A DNA stretch of 64,000 bases from Parcubacteria group bacterium. Its GTDB lineage: Bacteria > Patescibacteriota > Minisyncoccia > Moranbacterales > UBA2206. The stretch spans positions 7,480 through 71,479 of the forward strand of contig JBAZUU010000004.1 of assembly GCA_041661275.1 (NCBI GenBank), given 5' to 3'. Made by a program: the position numbers and the translations under genes. Shown piece by piece: positions 49,805 through 59,400 of this stretch (position 1 is the first letter of the stretch; each line of letters begins with the position of its first letter). The notes under the pieces were generated by a model. It worked only from the letters and a program-made list of their open reading frames with translations. It ran no database searches and was not told where the DNA came from.

Positions 49805-49918
49805 TGATTCCTCCAAGCATGTGGTTAAAACCGTTAAAACTTGTGAAAATCAGAACCGATCTCTCATCTGCCAACTAACCTACTATTATACTACAATTAT
49901 CACAAAAAATCAATACCT

Positions 49919-50380
49919 ATGTCAAATGAGCCTGAAATAAGCCACATTTTGGGGGTAGATTATGGCCGAGCCAAAATTGGCCTGGCCATGGCCGACAGTG
50001 AGACTCGGATGGCTTTTGTCTATGGGACAATTGAAAATAACAAGGGATTATTTCGAAAACTGGCGGAAATCATCGAAAAAGAGGGCGTAACAAAAGTGAT
50101 TGTTGGCGTGCCCGGGTTTAGGAATCAGGGAGATGAGGCTCGCCTCGATTCGACGAGACGCCTCATCGAGTCGAAGCGGGGTAATCAGGAGATTTATAGG
50201 GGGTTTGGCGAAACGCTTAGGAAAAATTTACCCGGAGTAGAAATTGTTTTTGTTGATGAAATGTTTACTACCAAGATGGCGCAGGACAATCTGAAAGAGA
50301 CGGGAATGAAAAATATTCAGAGGTCAGATGACAAGGAAGCAGCGAGGATAATTTTGCAGAGCTGGCTAGATTCTAAATAA
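49919..50380 (+). CDS. ruvX: YqgF/RuvX family nuclease
   Basis: LGVDYG..IGLA, VDEMFTT, AARIILQSWL. Confidence 0.9.
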   Translation: MSNEPEISHILGVDYGRAKIGLAMADSETRMAFVYGTIENNKGLFRKLAEIIEKEGVTKVIVGVPGFRNQGDEARLDSTRRLIESKRGNQEIYRGFGETLRKNLPGVEIVFVDEMFTTKMAQDNLKETGMKNIQRSDDKEAARIILQSWLDSK

Positions 50381-50382
50381 CA

Positions 50383-50514
50383 CCGTCATTCCGAGCGGAA
50401 TCCGCTTTAAGCGGATGAAGTCGAAGAATCTGCTAATTAATATTACTAGTGCTATTTGTAAGTAGATCCTTCGACTTCGTTCGGATAAAATCCTCACTTC
50501 GCTCAGGATGACGG
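50383..50514. repeat. REP doublet (REPIN-like)
   Basis: Inverted pair of units with 32-nt spacer. Confidence 0.9.
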
Positions 50515-50591
50515 GCCTATTGTATGTTTTGAAAAAACACGAATTATGTTACAATTGAACTACGAAATAACCATTAATCATATAAAAGAAA

Positions 50592-51359
50592 ATGGAAAAT
50601 AAACCATATCTGTCTGTTGTCTTCTCTGCGTACAATGAGGGTGGCAGAAAAGGAGAGGAATTAAGAAAAAATCTTGAAGAAATAGGAAAATATTTAGGAG
50701 AAAAACAAATCTCCTATGAAGTTGTCGCGATAAATGACGGGTCAAAAGACAACACCGTAGAGGTTTTGAAAGAACTCTCTCCTTTGGTTAGCAAGCTGGA
50801 AATTATTGATCGCAAAGAAAATAGAGGAAAATGGTATTCTTTGCGTGAAGGATTTTTAAAAGCCAGGGGAAAATATAGATTATTGGTAGATGCTGATGGA
50901 GCAACATCGATCACTAATATGGAAGGTTTTTGGTCACACATGGAAAAAGGGGAAGATATTATCATTGGATCAAGGGATTTAAGTGAATCAAAAATAGAAA
51001 AACATCAACCAAGATGGAAAGAGATTATGGGCGATGCTGGCAACCTGCTCATCCAATTTATGCTAGGACTTCGAGGGATAAAAGACACTCAATGCGGTTT
51101 CAAGGTAATTTCCGAAAAAGCAACAAATGATATTATTACTCGAATGAAAGTGGATAGATGGGGCGGGGATTTTGAAATGATGGCTCTCGCTCGGAAGCTT
51201 GGATATAAATTTGTGGAAGTGCCGGTAGTTTGGGTGGATGCCGGCCAGAGCTTGGTTGGAGCAAAGGGTCTCGGTGGTTACGGCTCAACTCTCAAAGAGC
51301 TTTTTCAGGTGAAGCTGAATATGATGATGGGTAGATACCATCTACATAAGAAACAATAA
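50592..51359 (+). CDS. GT2 glycosyltransferase (dolichyl-phosphate glucosyltransferase-like)
   Basis: AYNE, NDGSKD, DADG, DTQCGFK. Confidence 0.9.
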   Translation: MENKPYLSVVFSAYNEGGRKGEELRKNLEEIGKYLGEKQISYEVVAINDGSKDNTVEVLKELSPLVSKLEIIDRKENRGKWYSLREGFLKARGKYRLLVDADGATSITNMEGFWSHMEKGEDIIIGSRDLSESKIEKHQPRWKEIMGDAGNLLIQFMLGLRGIKDTQCGFKVISEKATNDIITRMKVDRWGGDFEMMALARKLGYKFVEVPVVWVDAGQSLVGAKGLGGYGSTLKELFQVKLNMMMGRYHLHKKQ

Positions 51360-51370
51360 AAAAGCGAGAA

Positions 51371-51483
51371 ACCCCGCACCAAATTCCAGTATAGATTTGC
51401 TTAGTGTATAGTTGAGTGTGCGTGGTCGCCTGCGGCTTAAAATAGAAATAAAAAATAGTCTTTCGAGCGAATTGGTGCGGGGT
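51371..51483. mobile_element. MITE-like element with 12-bp terminal inverted repeats
   Basis: ACCCCGCACCAA ... TTGGTGCGGGGT. Confidence 0.45.
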
Positions 51484-51521
51484 CTCATTTTTGTAACCAC
51501 TCGCCAAGCTCGCGGACAAAA

Positions 51522-52541
51522 ATGGAAAAGGAGACAAAAAAACAAAAAAATTCAGAGCTGCGCCAAGATATTGTGACGGGGGATTGGGTGGTAATTTCTA
51601 CCGCTCGAGCCAAACGTCCGAAAGAGTTTGCGGAACATGGGCGTGAGCCGGTCATTGAAGATCCGGACAAGGTTTGCATTTTCTGTCATCCGGAGGAAAC
51701 CGGACAGGAAAAAGATGTTTTGATATACCAAAACGCGGATGGCGACTGGAGTCTTCGCGTTATTCCCAATAAATTTCCGGCTTTTTCCCGTCCTGTTGGC
51801 GGGCTTATGAAACATAAAGAGGAGGGACCGTATTTTCATATGGATGCTATCGGTTATCATGAAATTATCATCACCCACGACCATAAGAAGTCGTTGGCGC
51901 AATTGGATAAATATCGCGCAGCCGAAGTTGTTGACGCTTACCAGGACAGGTACATCGATCTCATGAATAAAAAGAGCGTCAACTATATCGAGATTTTTCA
52001 CAATCATGGCAAGGAAGCGGGAGCTTCTGTCGGTCATCCGCATTCACAATTAGTGGCTATTCCCGTCATCTCGCCATATATCAAGGGCGAGCTGGACGGC
52101 GCGGAAGAATATCATAAAATGAACAAAGCTTGCGTCTATTGCGCGATGCTCGAGTGGGAACTGGAACATAAAAAAAGAATAATTTTTGAAAACGATTCAT
52201 TTGTCGCTTTTTGTCCTTTCTCCTCGCGTGCGGCATTTGAAGTCTGGGTGATGCCCAAAAAACATAAACCATATTTTGAAAGGACGTCAGTTGACGACAA
52301 AGTACTGGCGGGAGAAACATTGCAGGTGGCGCTTAGCAAAATTTTCAAGGGATTAAATGACCCGCCATATAATTTTTATATGCACACCGCGCCCTGCGAC
52401 GGCAAAGATTATCCACATTACCACTGGCATATAGAGATTTTGCCGAGAATGTCCACATGGGCAGGGCTGGAATATTCAACCGGCATTGAAATCTCAACTA
52501 TTGAACCGGAGGAAGCGGCCAAGTTTCTAAGAGAGAATTAA
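51522..52541 (+). CDS. galT: Galactose-1-phosphate uridylyltransferase
   Basis: RAKRP, CIFC, PNKFPA, GASVGHPHSQ. Confidence 0.9.
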   Translation: MEKETKKQKNSELRQDIVTGDWVVISTARAKRPKEFAEHGREPVIEDPDKVCIFCHPEETGQEKDVLIYQNADGDWSLRVIPNKFPAFSRPVGGLMKHKEEGPYFHMDAIGYHEIIITHDHKKSLAQLDKYRAAEVVDAYQDRYIDLMNKKSVNYIEIFHNHGKEAGASVGHPHSQLVAIPVISPYIKGELDGAEEYHKMNKACVYCAMLEWELEHKKRIIFENDSFVAFCPFSSRAAFEVWVMPKKHKPYFERTSVDDKVLAGETLQVALSKIFKGLNDPPYNFYMHTAPCDGKDYPHYHWHIEILPRMSTWAGLEYSTGIEISTIEPEEAAKFLREN

Positions 52542-52542
52542 C

Positions 52543-53022
52543 ATGCACGATTTTATTATCAATCTTTTTACCGGCTTCCCAAAAGAGCTGGCTACATTTC
52601 TCATAGCTATCATTCCTGTCACGGAACTGCGAGCGGCCTTGCCGTTGGCCTATAAAGTTTATGGACTTTCCGCTTTCTGGTCATGGTTCTATTCTGTTGC
52701 CGGCACTTTTTTTGCCATGGTAATAATTGTCATTCTTTTGGATCCGATAGCTCAATTTTTATCAAAATATATAGGATTTTTTAGGAAATTCTTTGAGTGG
52801 CTGTTTGAACATACGAGGCGCCGTGCTAATGGGAAAATGGAAAAATATGGAGAATGGGCTATTTTTATTCTGGCGGCAACACCTATTCCGCTTTTGGGCG
52901 GAATGACAGGAGCGCTCGCGGCTTTTGTTTTCGGAGTTCCCTTGAAAAAGTCGCTCCCGTTGCTATTATTTGGTACAATAGTATCAGGTCTAATCGTATT
53001 GGGTATCACGGTATATTTATAA
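52543..53022 (+). CDS. COG2426 small multi-drug export-like membrane protein
   Basis: PVTELRAALP, PIPLLGGMTG. Confidence 0.75.
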   Translation: MHDFIINLFTGFPKELATFLIAIIPVTELRAALPLAYKVYGLSAFWSWFYSVAGTFFAMVIIVILLDPIAQFLSKYIGFFRKFFEWLFEHTRRRANGKMEKYGEWAIFILAATPIPLLGGMTGALAAFVFGVPLKKSLPLLLFGTIVSGLIVLGITVYL

Positions 53023-53025
53023 ATT

Positions 53026-53790
53026 ATGGATAAATTAGTTGTTGGAAATATGAAGATGAACTTATTGTCTCCCGTTGAACGCGAGAGATACCTTGAGAAT
53101 TTCAAAAAAGAATTAGGAACAAAAAAATTCGGGAGAACAGAACTGATTCTTTGTCCTTCATACGTCCATCTCGAAAATTTTAAAAAGGAATTGGGAAAAA
53201 AAGTTAATATTGGAGCGCAAAATATGTTTTGGAAAAAAGAAGGCGCGTTTACCGGAGAGATATCGCCGGTTATGATAAAAAATCTCGGTTGTGATTATGT
53301 AATTATCGGGCACAGTGAAAGAAGAAAATATTTTTGCGAAACAGACGAGGAAATAAATTGCAAAATAATCGAAGCTTTGAAAATCGGACTTAAACCTATA
53401 GTATGCGTAGGGGAATCAAGCGTGGAAAAGGATATGAATGAAACTCTCAATGTGATTACCAGGCAATTGAACGAATCCCTGGCTAATATTGGTCGGACAA
53501 AAATAGAAAATATTACCATTGTCTATGAGCCGGTTTGGGCGGTGGGAACGGATGATATTCCGACAATTCACGAAATTATGGAAGCCAGACTCCTCATCCG
53601 AAAAATCCTGGTGGCTAATTTTGACAAAAAATACGCCCAGAACGTAAAAATACTCTATGGCGGATCAGTAAACTCTAAAACAGTGAAAGAAGTTTGTATC
53701 GAACCGGGAATGGATGGAGTGTTGATAGGGCGGGAGAGCTTAATACCGTATGAACTTATTAAAATAGCTCAAATTATTAATGAAGGATAA
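53026..53790 (+). CDS. tpiA: Triosephosphate isomerase
   Basis: GN.KMN, GHSERR, YEPVWA.GT, LYGGSV. Confidence 0.95.
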   Translation: MDKLVVGNMKMNLLSPVERERYLENFKKELGTKKFGRTELILCPSYVHLENFKKELGKKVNIGAQNMFWKKEGAFTGEISPVMIKNLGCDYVIIGHSERRKYFCETDEEINCKIIEALKIGLKPIVCVGESSVEKDMNETLNVITRQLNESLANIGRTKIENITIVYEPVWAVGTDDIPTIHEIMEARLLIRKILVANFDKKYAQNVKILYGGSVNSKTVKEVCIEPGMDGVLIGRESLIPYELIKIAQIINEG

Positions 53791-53797
53791 CAGGTTT

Positions 53798-53911
53798 AAA
53801 ATTTTTGAATTTTTAATTTTATAATTTTGTAAATAAATCCAAATTTTTAATGTTTAAACATTTGGAAATTAAAAATTATTTAAAAATTAAAAATTACAAA
53901 ATTAAAAATTT
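53798..53911. repeat. AT-rich heptamer palindromic element (AATTTTT/AAAAATT)
   Basis: Tandem heptamers with an inverted arm. Confidence 0.55.
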
Positions 53912-53914
53912 TGT

Positions 53915-54781
53915 ATGATAACTTCAGTCAAAGAAATATTAACTAAAGCCAGAGAAGGTGGTTATGCCGTCGGGGCTTTTAATACGGTCAACTTGGAAAC
54001 AACGCGTGCCATCGTTGAAGCGGCGCAGGAAATGAGATCGCCGGTCATCATTCAGATCACCGAGAAAACTATGGAATATGCCGGAGGACGGCTCATATAC
54101 CATTTAGTTAAGAATGACGCGGAATTCTATGCTCCGGAAATTCCCATTGGCATTCATCTGGATCATGGAAGGAGTTTTGAAATAATCCAACGGGCTGTTG
54201 CTATCGGTTTCACATCCGTCATGTATGACGGATCAAGAAAAAAATATGAGGATAATTTGGAGATTACCAAAAAGGTAGTTGATTTTTGCAAGGAAAAGGG
54301 CGTTAATGTTCAGGCGGAACTAGGGAGTGTGCCATATCTTGGTGAAATGGGAATGGGGGAAGTAAATTGGGAAGAATATATGACCGATCCTGGTCAAGCC
54401 AGTGCTTTTGTCAAAGAAACCGGAATTGATGCGTTGGCAGTGGCTATCGGCAACGCTCATGACTTTTTCAAAGAAAAAGAAGTCCCTGATTATGCCAGAC
54501 TGGAAATGATAAACAAAAATTGCGGGAATCTTCCACTTATCCTTCATGGGGCATCAGACTGGGAAAATGGGCGGGTAAAAGAAGTAATAAACCGAGGAGT
54601 GGCTTGTTTTAATGTGGACACGGCTATCCGGTTGTCTTTTATAAATAATCTTATCAATTCAGTCCGGAATCAGGGCAATGTATCCTTTGATATCAGAAAG
54701 CTCCTGGGGGAATCGAGAGATGCTGTGAAAGATATAGTGAAGAAAAAAATAAAGTTTTTTGGAAGTGACGGAAAAATATGA
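53915..54781 (+). CDS. fba: Class II fructose-bisphosphate aldolase
   Basis: HLDHG, SVMYDGS, AVAIGNAH, LHGAS. Confidence 0.92.
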   Translation: MITSVKEILTKAREGGYAVGAFNTVNLETTRAIVEAAQEMRSPVIIQITEKTMEYAGGRLIYHLVKNDAEFYAPEIPIGIHLDHGRSFEIIQRAVAIGFTSVMYDGSRKKYEDNLEITKKVVDFCKEKGVNVQAELGSVPYLGEMGMGEVNWEEYMTDPGQASAFVKETGIDALAVAIGNAHDFFKEKEVPDYARLEMINKNCGNLPLILHGASDWENGRVKEVINRGVACFNVDTAIRLSFINNLINSVRNQGNVSFDIRKLLGESRDAVKDIVKKKIKFFGSDGKI

Positions 54782-55221
54782 TGACGGTTGAGAAAATATT
54801 ATTAGAGTTTGATCCAGAAATAAAAAATCTTCTGCCGGCGCTGAAAAAGATCAGCGCTGGTTTTGGCTATATCTCACAAAATGACGCCCAAAAATTGGCT
54901 GAATATTTTTCTGTCCCACTTTCTCGCGTTTTTGAAACGGCATCTTTTTATGATGAGATAAAAACTAAAAAGCAACCCGACCTGGTTATTCAAGTATGTT
55001 CCAGTGTCAATTGCGCAGTGAGTAAGTCTTTTGAAATAGTGAGTAAAATAGAAGATTATTTTAAGATAAAGGCGGGAGACGAGTTTGATCAGAAAGTAAG
55101 ATTGGAAGTGATGAGTTGCTTGGGGCAGTGCGGGGAAGGGCCGGTAGTGGTTGTTAATGATAAAGTATATACTAATGTGACAAAAAGTTCGGTGGCGGGG
55201 GTTTTGGAAGAGTGGGCATAG
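54778..55221 (+). CDS. NuoE/HydC-like [2Fe-2S] subunit
   Basis: ASFYD, C-x4-C...CLGQC. Confidence 0.88.
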   Translation: MMTVEKILLEFDPEIKNLLPALKKISAGFGYISQNDAQKLAEYFSVPLSRVFETASFYDEIKTKKQPDLVIQVCSSVNCAVSKSFEIVSKIEDYFKIKAGDEFDQKVRLEVMSCLGQCGEGPVVVVNDKVYTNVTKSSVAGVLEEWA

Positions 55222-55224
55222 CGT

Positions 55225-55357
55225 CGTCATTCTGAGCGGAATGAGACCTTTGGTCGAATGAAGTCGAAGAATCTACCAAATAATATTACCGGTGATAATT
55301 CCTGGTAGATCCTTCGACTACGTCCCAATAAGAATTGGGACTTCGCTCAGGATGACG
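55225..55357. repeat. REP doublet (REPIN-like)
   Basis: Inverted pair of units with 32-nt spacer. Confidence 0.9.
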
Positions 55358-55377
55358 GTTTTTTGTTAAATTATTAA

Positions 55378-56607
55378 ATGAATAATACTAAAATAATCAC
55401 TAAACACTGGGGTCGGATAAATCCTCTCAAAATCGAGGACTATGTTGCTATTGGCGGATATAAAGCTCTTAAAAAATATATCCGCGATATGGATGCGGAA
55501 AGGGCGATAGGAGAAATAAAAAAATCCGGACTTTGCGGAAGGGGTGGGGCAGGTTTTCCGACAGGCAATAAATTGGAAATAGTAGCGGAAAAAAACGGAA
55601 CGAAATATTTTATCTGTAATTTGGACGAATCAGAGCCGGGAACATACAAAGATCGGGCGATTGTTGATAATAATCCACACAGTTTGATTGAGGGAATAAT
55701 AATTTCAGCGCTTATTATTGGAGCAAAAAGGGCGATTATATATATTAATGGTCGATATATCAAACAGAAAGAAATATTGGAGATAGCCGTAGAACAAGCA
55801 GGAAAATATAATTTTCTAGGCAAAGGAATAATTGGATCTTGTTATGACCTGGGGATAGAGATATTTTCCGGCGCTGGCGCTTATATTTGTGGAGAAGAGA
55901 CAGCTCTCATTAATTCCATTGAAGGCAATCGTGGCGAACCGAAATCCCGTCCACCATATCCGACAGACGCGGGGCTTTTTGGAAAACCAACGGTTATCAA
56001 TAATGCGGAAACTATAGTAAATATTCCCTGGATAATAACGAACGGCGGGGAAAAATATGCTGATTCGGGCGGGGAAAAATTATATATCTTAGGCGGAAGC
56101 GTAAAAAAACCCGGGGTTTATGAGGGTTCAGTGGGAATAACTATTCGCCAAGCGATAGAAAAAATGGGCGGGGGATTAAAAAAAGGAAAAGAATTCTGGT
56201 TTGCGCAAATTGGTGGCGCGTCAGGAAGATTAATTTTAGGAAATGAATTGGATTGTGTGTTAGATTACGATCGGGTGTCTGCAGAGACGCCCCGACGGGG
56301 CGTCTCTATAATGCCAATCGGTTCCGGTTCTATCTTGGTCATTGATAAAACTGTCGACATAAAAGATCTGCTATTATCCTGGACAACATTTTTTCGCTAT
56401 GAATCATGCGGAAAATGCGTACCATGTCGCGAAGGGACATTTCGACTGTGGGAAATAGCCAAACGGATGCAAGACGGAGAAATCACCGAACGCGATCAAA
56501 AAGCCATTCCGGAAATCATTTGGACATTGCAGAATACGACATTTTGTCCTCTGGGCAAATTCGCCGCGACAGCATTTTCGGATGTAATGGAAAAAAAGTT
56601 AATATAG
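55378..56607 (+). CDS. NuoF/HydB-like FMN/NAD(H)-binding subunit
   Basis: GRGGAGFP, DESEPG..KDR, GAGAYICGEET, ESCGKC.PCREG. Confidence 0.92.
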   Translation: MNNTKIITKHWGRINPLKIEDYVAIGGYKALKKYIRDMDAERAIGEIKKSGLCGRGGAGFPTGNKLEIVAEKNGTKYFICNLDESEPGTYKDRAIVDNNPHSLIEGIIISALIIGAKRAIIYINGRYIKQKEILEIAVEQAGKYNFLGKGIIGSCYDLGIEIFSGAGAYICGEETALINSIEGNRGEPKSRPPYPTDAGLFGKPTVINNAETIVNIPWIITNGGEKYADSGGEKLYILGGSVKKPGVYEGSVGITIRQAIEKMGGGLKKGKEFWFAQIGGASGRLILGNELDCVLDYDRVSAETPRRGVSIMPIGSGSILVIDKTVDIKDLLLSWTTFFRYESCGKCVPCREGTFRLWEIAKRMQDGEITERDQKAIPEIIWTLQNTTFCPLGKFAATAFSDVMEKKLI

Positions 56608-56630
56608 GTCATATTCGTTGTATAAGACAT

Positions 56631-57647
56631 ATGGAAATATTAATCAACAAAAAAGCTTACCAAGCGCAGGAAGGAGAAATGATTCTCGATGTTTGTCGGC
56701 GGGAAAATATCAGAATCCCAACTCTTTGTGCGTTTGAAGGTTTACCAAAAGAAGCAGTTTGCCGACTGTGTCTCGTGGAAATTAATTTGGCGGATAAGCT
56801 TGTTCCGTCTTGCGCTTTTCCAGTTTGTGAAAAGTTAGAAGTGACGACAGAAAGCGAGAAAATAAAAAAAGCGCGAGAAGTAAATCTTGAACTTTTATGG
56901 TCGGATCATGCCGGAAAATGCGTGAAATGCAAGAAAAATCGGATGTGCGAGCTGCAGTCGTTGGCAGAAGAATATAAAATAGATAATTTCCATTTTGTGC
57001 CTCGAAGAGAAGATTTAACCAATGCGGAAGAGTTGGATTTATTGAAAGATAATAAGATAAGAGTAGTAGTGGAAGAGGAAAATCCATGCATTGCTCGGAC
57101 GACAGAATTTTGTGTGGAATGTCGCAGATGTATAAACATTTGTCCAGATAAAGCTTTCGGGTTCAACCATCGTGCTGGGGACGGGGTTGTCGGAACGCCA
57201 TACGAAAAAACGTTAGATTGCAGCTTTTGCGGCGAGTGTGTGCGTGTTTGTCCTGTGGCAGCACTTACTGATAAAAATAATTTTTCTAAGATTATAGAAG
57301 ACTTGGATGATATGAAAAAAATGGCGGTGGCGCTTGTTGCTGAGGGTATGGAAGAAAAAATTAATACGATGCTAAAATATACAGAAATTGCCATTGAGGC
57401 GAAAGAGGTTTTGAAAAAACTGGGCTTTGAAAAAATATTTGATTTTACTGAAAAGGACGATGAAGATGAAGGGCTGGATGAATTTAAGGATCAATTAGCC
57501 AAAAAGGAAAAAATTAATTTGGAAAATATAGTATTGTTTTATATTTCTGATAATATTTCGCTCAAAAAAGAAAAAATAGCCAATCTGGATCATATTTTAA
57601 CTGACAGAGAAGTGGCGAGACTGGCGAGAGATAGGAAAATAATTTAA
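56631..57647 (+). CDS. FeS relay protein resembling [FeFe]-hydrogenase HydA/NuoG N-terminus, with degenerate C-terminal domain
   Basis: IPTLC..CRLC..C, HxxxCxxC-x5-CELQ, two CxxCxxCxxxCP; start moved to ATG 56631. Confidence 0.8.
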   Translation: MEILINKKAYQAQEGEMILDVCRRENIRIPTLCAFEGLPKEAVCRLCLVEINLADKLVPSCAFPVCEKLEVTTESEKIKKAREVNLELLWSDHAGKCVKCKKNRMCELQSLAEEYKIDNFHFVPRREDLTNAEELDLLKDNKIRVVVEEENPCIARTTEFCVECRRCINICPDKAFGFNHRAGDGVVGTPYEKTLDCSFCGECVRVCPVAALTDKNNFSKIIEDLDDMKKMAVALVAEGMEEKINTMLKYTEIAIEAKEVLKKLGFEKIFDFTEKDDEDEGLDEFKDQLAKKEKINLENIVLFYISDNISLKKEKIANLDHILTDREVARLARDRKII

Positions 57648-57651
57648 AAGT

Positions 57652-57703
57652 ACCCTCTCTGTCAGTCGAAGACGACTGACATCTCTCCCGAAGGGAGAGA
57701 GGG
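57652..57703 (-). repeat. CCTCTCCC/GGGAGAG palindromic element
   Basis: Reverse complement matches the flanks of 22104-22178. Confidence 0.65.
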
Positions 57704-57711
57704 AAACGCTT

Positions 57712-57936
57712 ATGTGTTTAACAATTCCCAAAAAAGTAGTAGAAATTACGGGCGATGAGGTTGTCGTAGAACTTCCTAATGGCGATAGACAAACTGTGAA
57801 AAGTATAGTAGATTTAGGTGTCGGCGATTTTTGTTTAACGCAGCAAAATGTCGCAATCTATAAGCTAGACCAAAAAGAAGCTGAAGAAGTCCTGGGGCTT
57901 TTTCAAAATAGGGAGGGAAATAATAATGGACAATAG
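57712..57936 (+). CDS. hypC: Hydrogenase maturation chaperone HypC
   Basis: MCLTIP N-terminus, VGDF OB-fold motif. Confidence 0.85.
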   Translation: MCLTIPKKVVEITGDEVVVELPNGDRQTVKSIVDLGVGDFCLTQQNVAIYKLDQKEAEEVLGLFQNREGNNNGQ

Positions 57937-58381
57937 CGGACTGAAATTATTATTGTACTTTGGTTACGGCGCTATGCTTAAGGGGCTTTGTAGTGACGGT
58001 GTCAATGAGGATTTTCACCAAAAAGCGCTGAAATATTTTGATGGCGACAGTTCTCTCGAGAACGATATCGCTGACGATGTTTATGTGGAGTTTCCTCATG
58101 CCACTCGGCGATTGATCGAGATGTCCAGAGAGAAGAACATTGATCGGTTCTCTGGAGAAAATGTTCATAGCTACGTCTATGAGATCCATGGACGCGAGGT
58201 CTTGCCGTCATGTGCAGTTCTATCGGGCAGGGTCAAAAATGTCTTTTCTGACAAGAAGATTGTCGAGATTGAACGGGATAAGGAGATTTTTGAGATCAAT
58301 TATCTTCTTTCGCTCGAAAGCACTTTCAGTATCGGCGATGAGGTGTATTTCCATCAAGGATGGCTTATCCCGAAAAAATAG
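57926..58381 (+). CDS. Hydrogenase-associated hypothetical protein (DUF6390-like C-terminus)
   Basis: CAVLSGRV...GDEVYFHQGW; resemblance judged by eye. Confidence 0.45.
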   Translation: MDNSGLKLLLYFGYGAMLKGLCSDGVNEDFHQKALKYFDGDSSLENDIADDVYVEFPHATRRLIEMSREKNIDRFSGENVHSYVYEIHGREVLPSCAVLSGRVKNVFSDKKIVEIERDKEIFEINYLLSLESTFSIGDEVYFHQGWLIPKK

Positions 58382-58454
58382 CACTTGAGCTTAGAAAAGC
58401 GGAGAATGGGAATCTCCGCTTATTTTTTTCCCAAATTTATGATAAAATTAGGAT

Positions 58455-59318
58455 ATGATCAAAAAAATTGCTAAAAAAACAAAAAAAGCTGCAGGTGCAA
58501 AGGTCGCCAAAAAGAAGGTGGCAAATATCAAGGTCGTGGAGAAGGGTAGCCACGAGAAAAAACCAAAAGTGGCTATTATCAGCCTTACGTCTTGTGAGGG
58601 ATGTCAATTCGCGCTTCTTGATTTAGGGCAAAGATTTTTGGATCTGGCGGAGAAAATTGAAATGGTGGATTTTAGGCTTTTGGAAGATGAAGAAGATCCG
58701 GGAATGGATTTGGATTTGGTACTCATAGAGGGCAATCCAGTAACAGAGGATAACATGAAGACGCTTCTGGCGGCCAGAAAAAGATCAAAACTCCTGGCAG
58801 CCCTTGGAAATTGCGCGGCTATGGGTGGGATACCGGAGATTAAAAATTATCAGGAAGGTAAAAATACCATAAAACATGTCTATCGATATTTGCAGGGGAT
58901 ATATAATCCGGAAATAAAAGAAATTGATAATTTTGTTAAAGTGGACTTCATTTTTCCTGGATGCCCGGTTACCGGAGAGGAATTTTTGAAATATATTCCG
59001 GAATTACTCGCGGGTAATATCCCAACCATTCCTGACCAGCCAGTCTGCGTAGAGTGTAAAAAACGTGGCAATCGATGCTTACTCTTAGATAAAAAACCTT
59101 GTTTTGGCCCGATGATTTTGGGCGGGTGCGACGCTGTTTGCCCGACATCGCGTATGATGTGTCAGGGTTGTCGAGGGTTGCGTCCTGGCGGAAATGTGAA
59201 AGCAATGAAAGCGACTCTTAAAACCATGATGAGTGACGCGGAATTTGAAAATACAACGGAAATTTATGGCTTGCGTGATGATATAGAAGAAAGGGAGAGA
59301 AAACAAAGAACAGTGTAA
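58455..59318 (+). CDS. [NiFe]-hydrogenase small subunit (group 3-type)
   Basis: TSCEGC, GNCAAMGG, PGCP, C-terminal Cys cluster. Confidence 0.9.
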   Translation: MIKKIAKKTKKAAGAKVAKKKVANIKVVEKGSHEKKPKVAIISLTSCEGCQFALLDLGQRFLDLAEKIEMVDFRLLEDEEDPGMDLDLVLIEGNPVTEDNMKTLLAARKRSKLLAALGNCAAMGGIPEIKNYQEGKNTIKHVYRYLQGIYNPEIKEIDNFVKVDFIFPGCPVTGEEFLKYIPELLAGNIPTIPDQPVCVECKKRGNRCLLLDKKPCFGPMILGGCDAVCPTSRMMCQGCRGLRPGGNVKAMKATLKTMMSDAEFENTTEIYGLRDDIEERERKQRTV

Positions 59319-59328
59319 CCGTAGCCTA

Positions 59329-59380
59329 TTAGAGGTCGGACCTCTAAAGCGTTAAGGCTCATTAGAAATCCGACCTCTAA
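59329..59380. repeat. AGAGGTCGGACCTCT REP-like doublet
   Basis: Palindrome plus a degenerate inverted copy. Confidence 0.55.
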
Positions 59381-59400
59381 GACACGAGTAAATTGCTACT

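Noticed and set aside
48295-55357. CRISPR array (conserved repeats with 32-nt spacers)
   Set aside because: Repeats are inverted and dispersed, spacers resemble each other, and no cas genes are present
54778-57647. Respiratory complex I
   Set aside because: No membrane Nuo subunits nearby; context is a soluble hydrogenase
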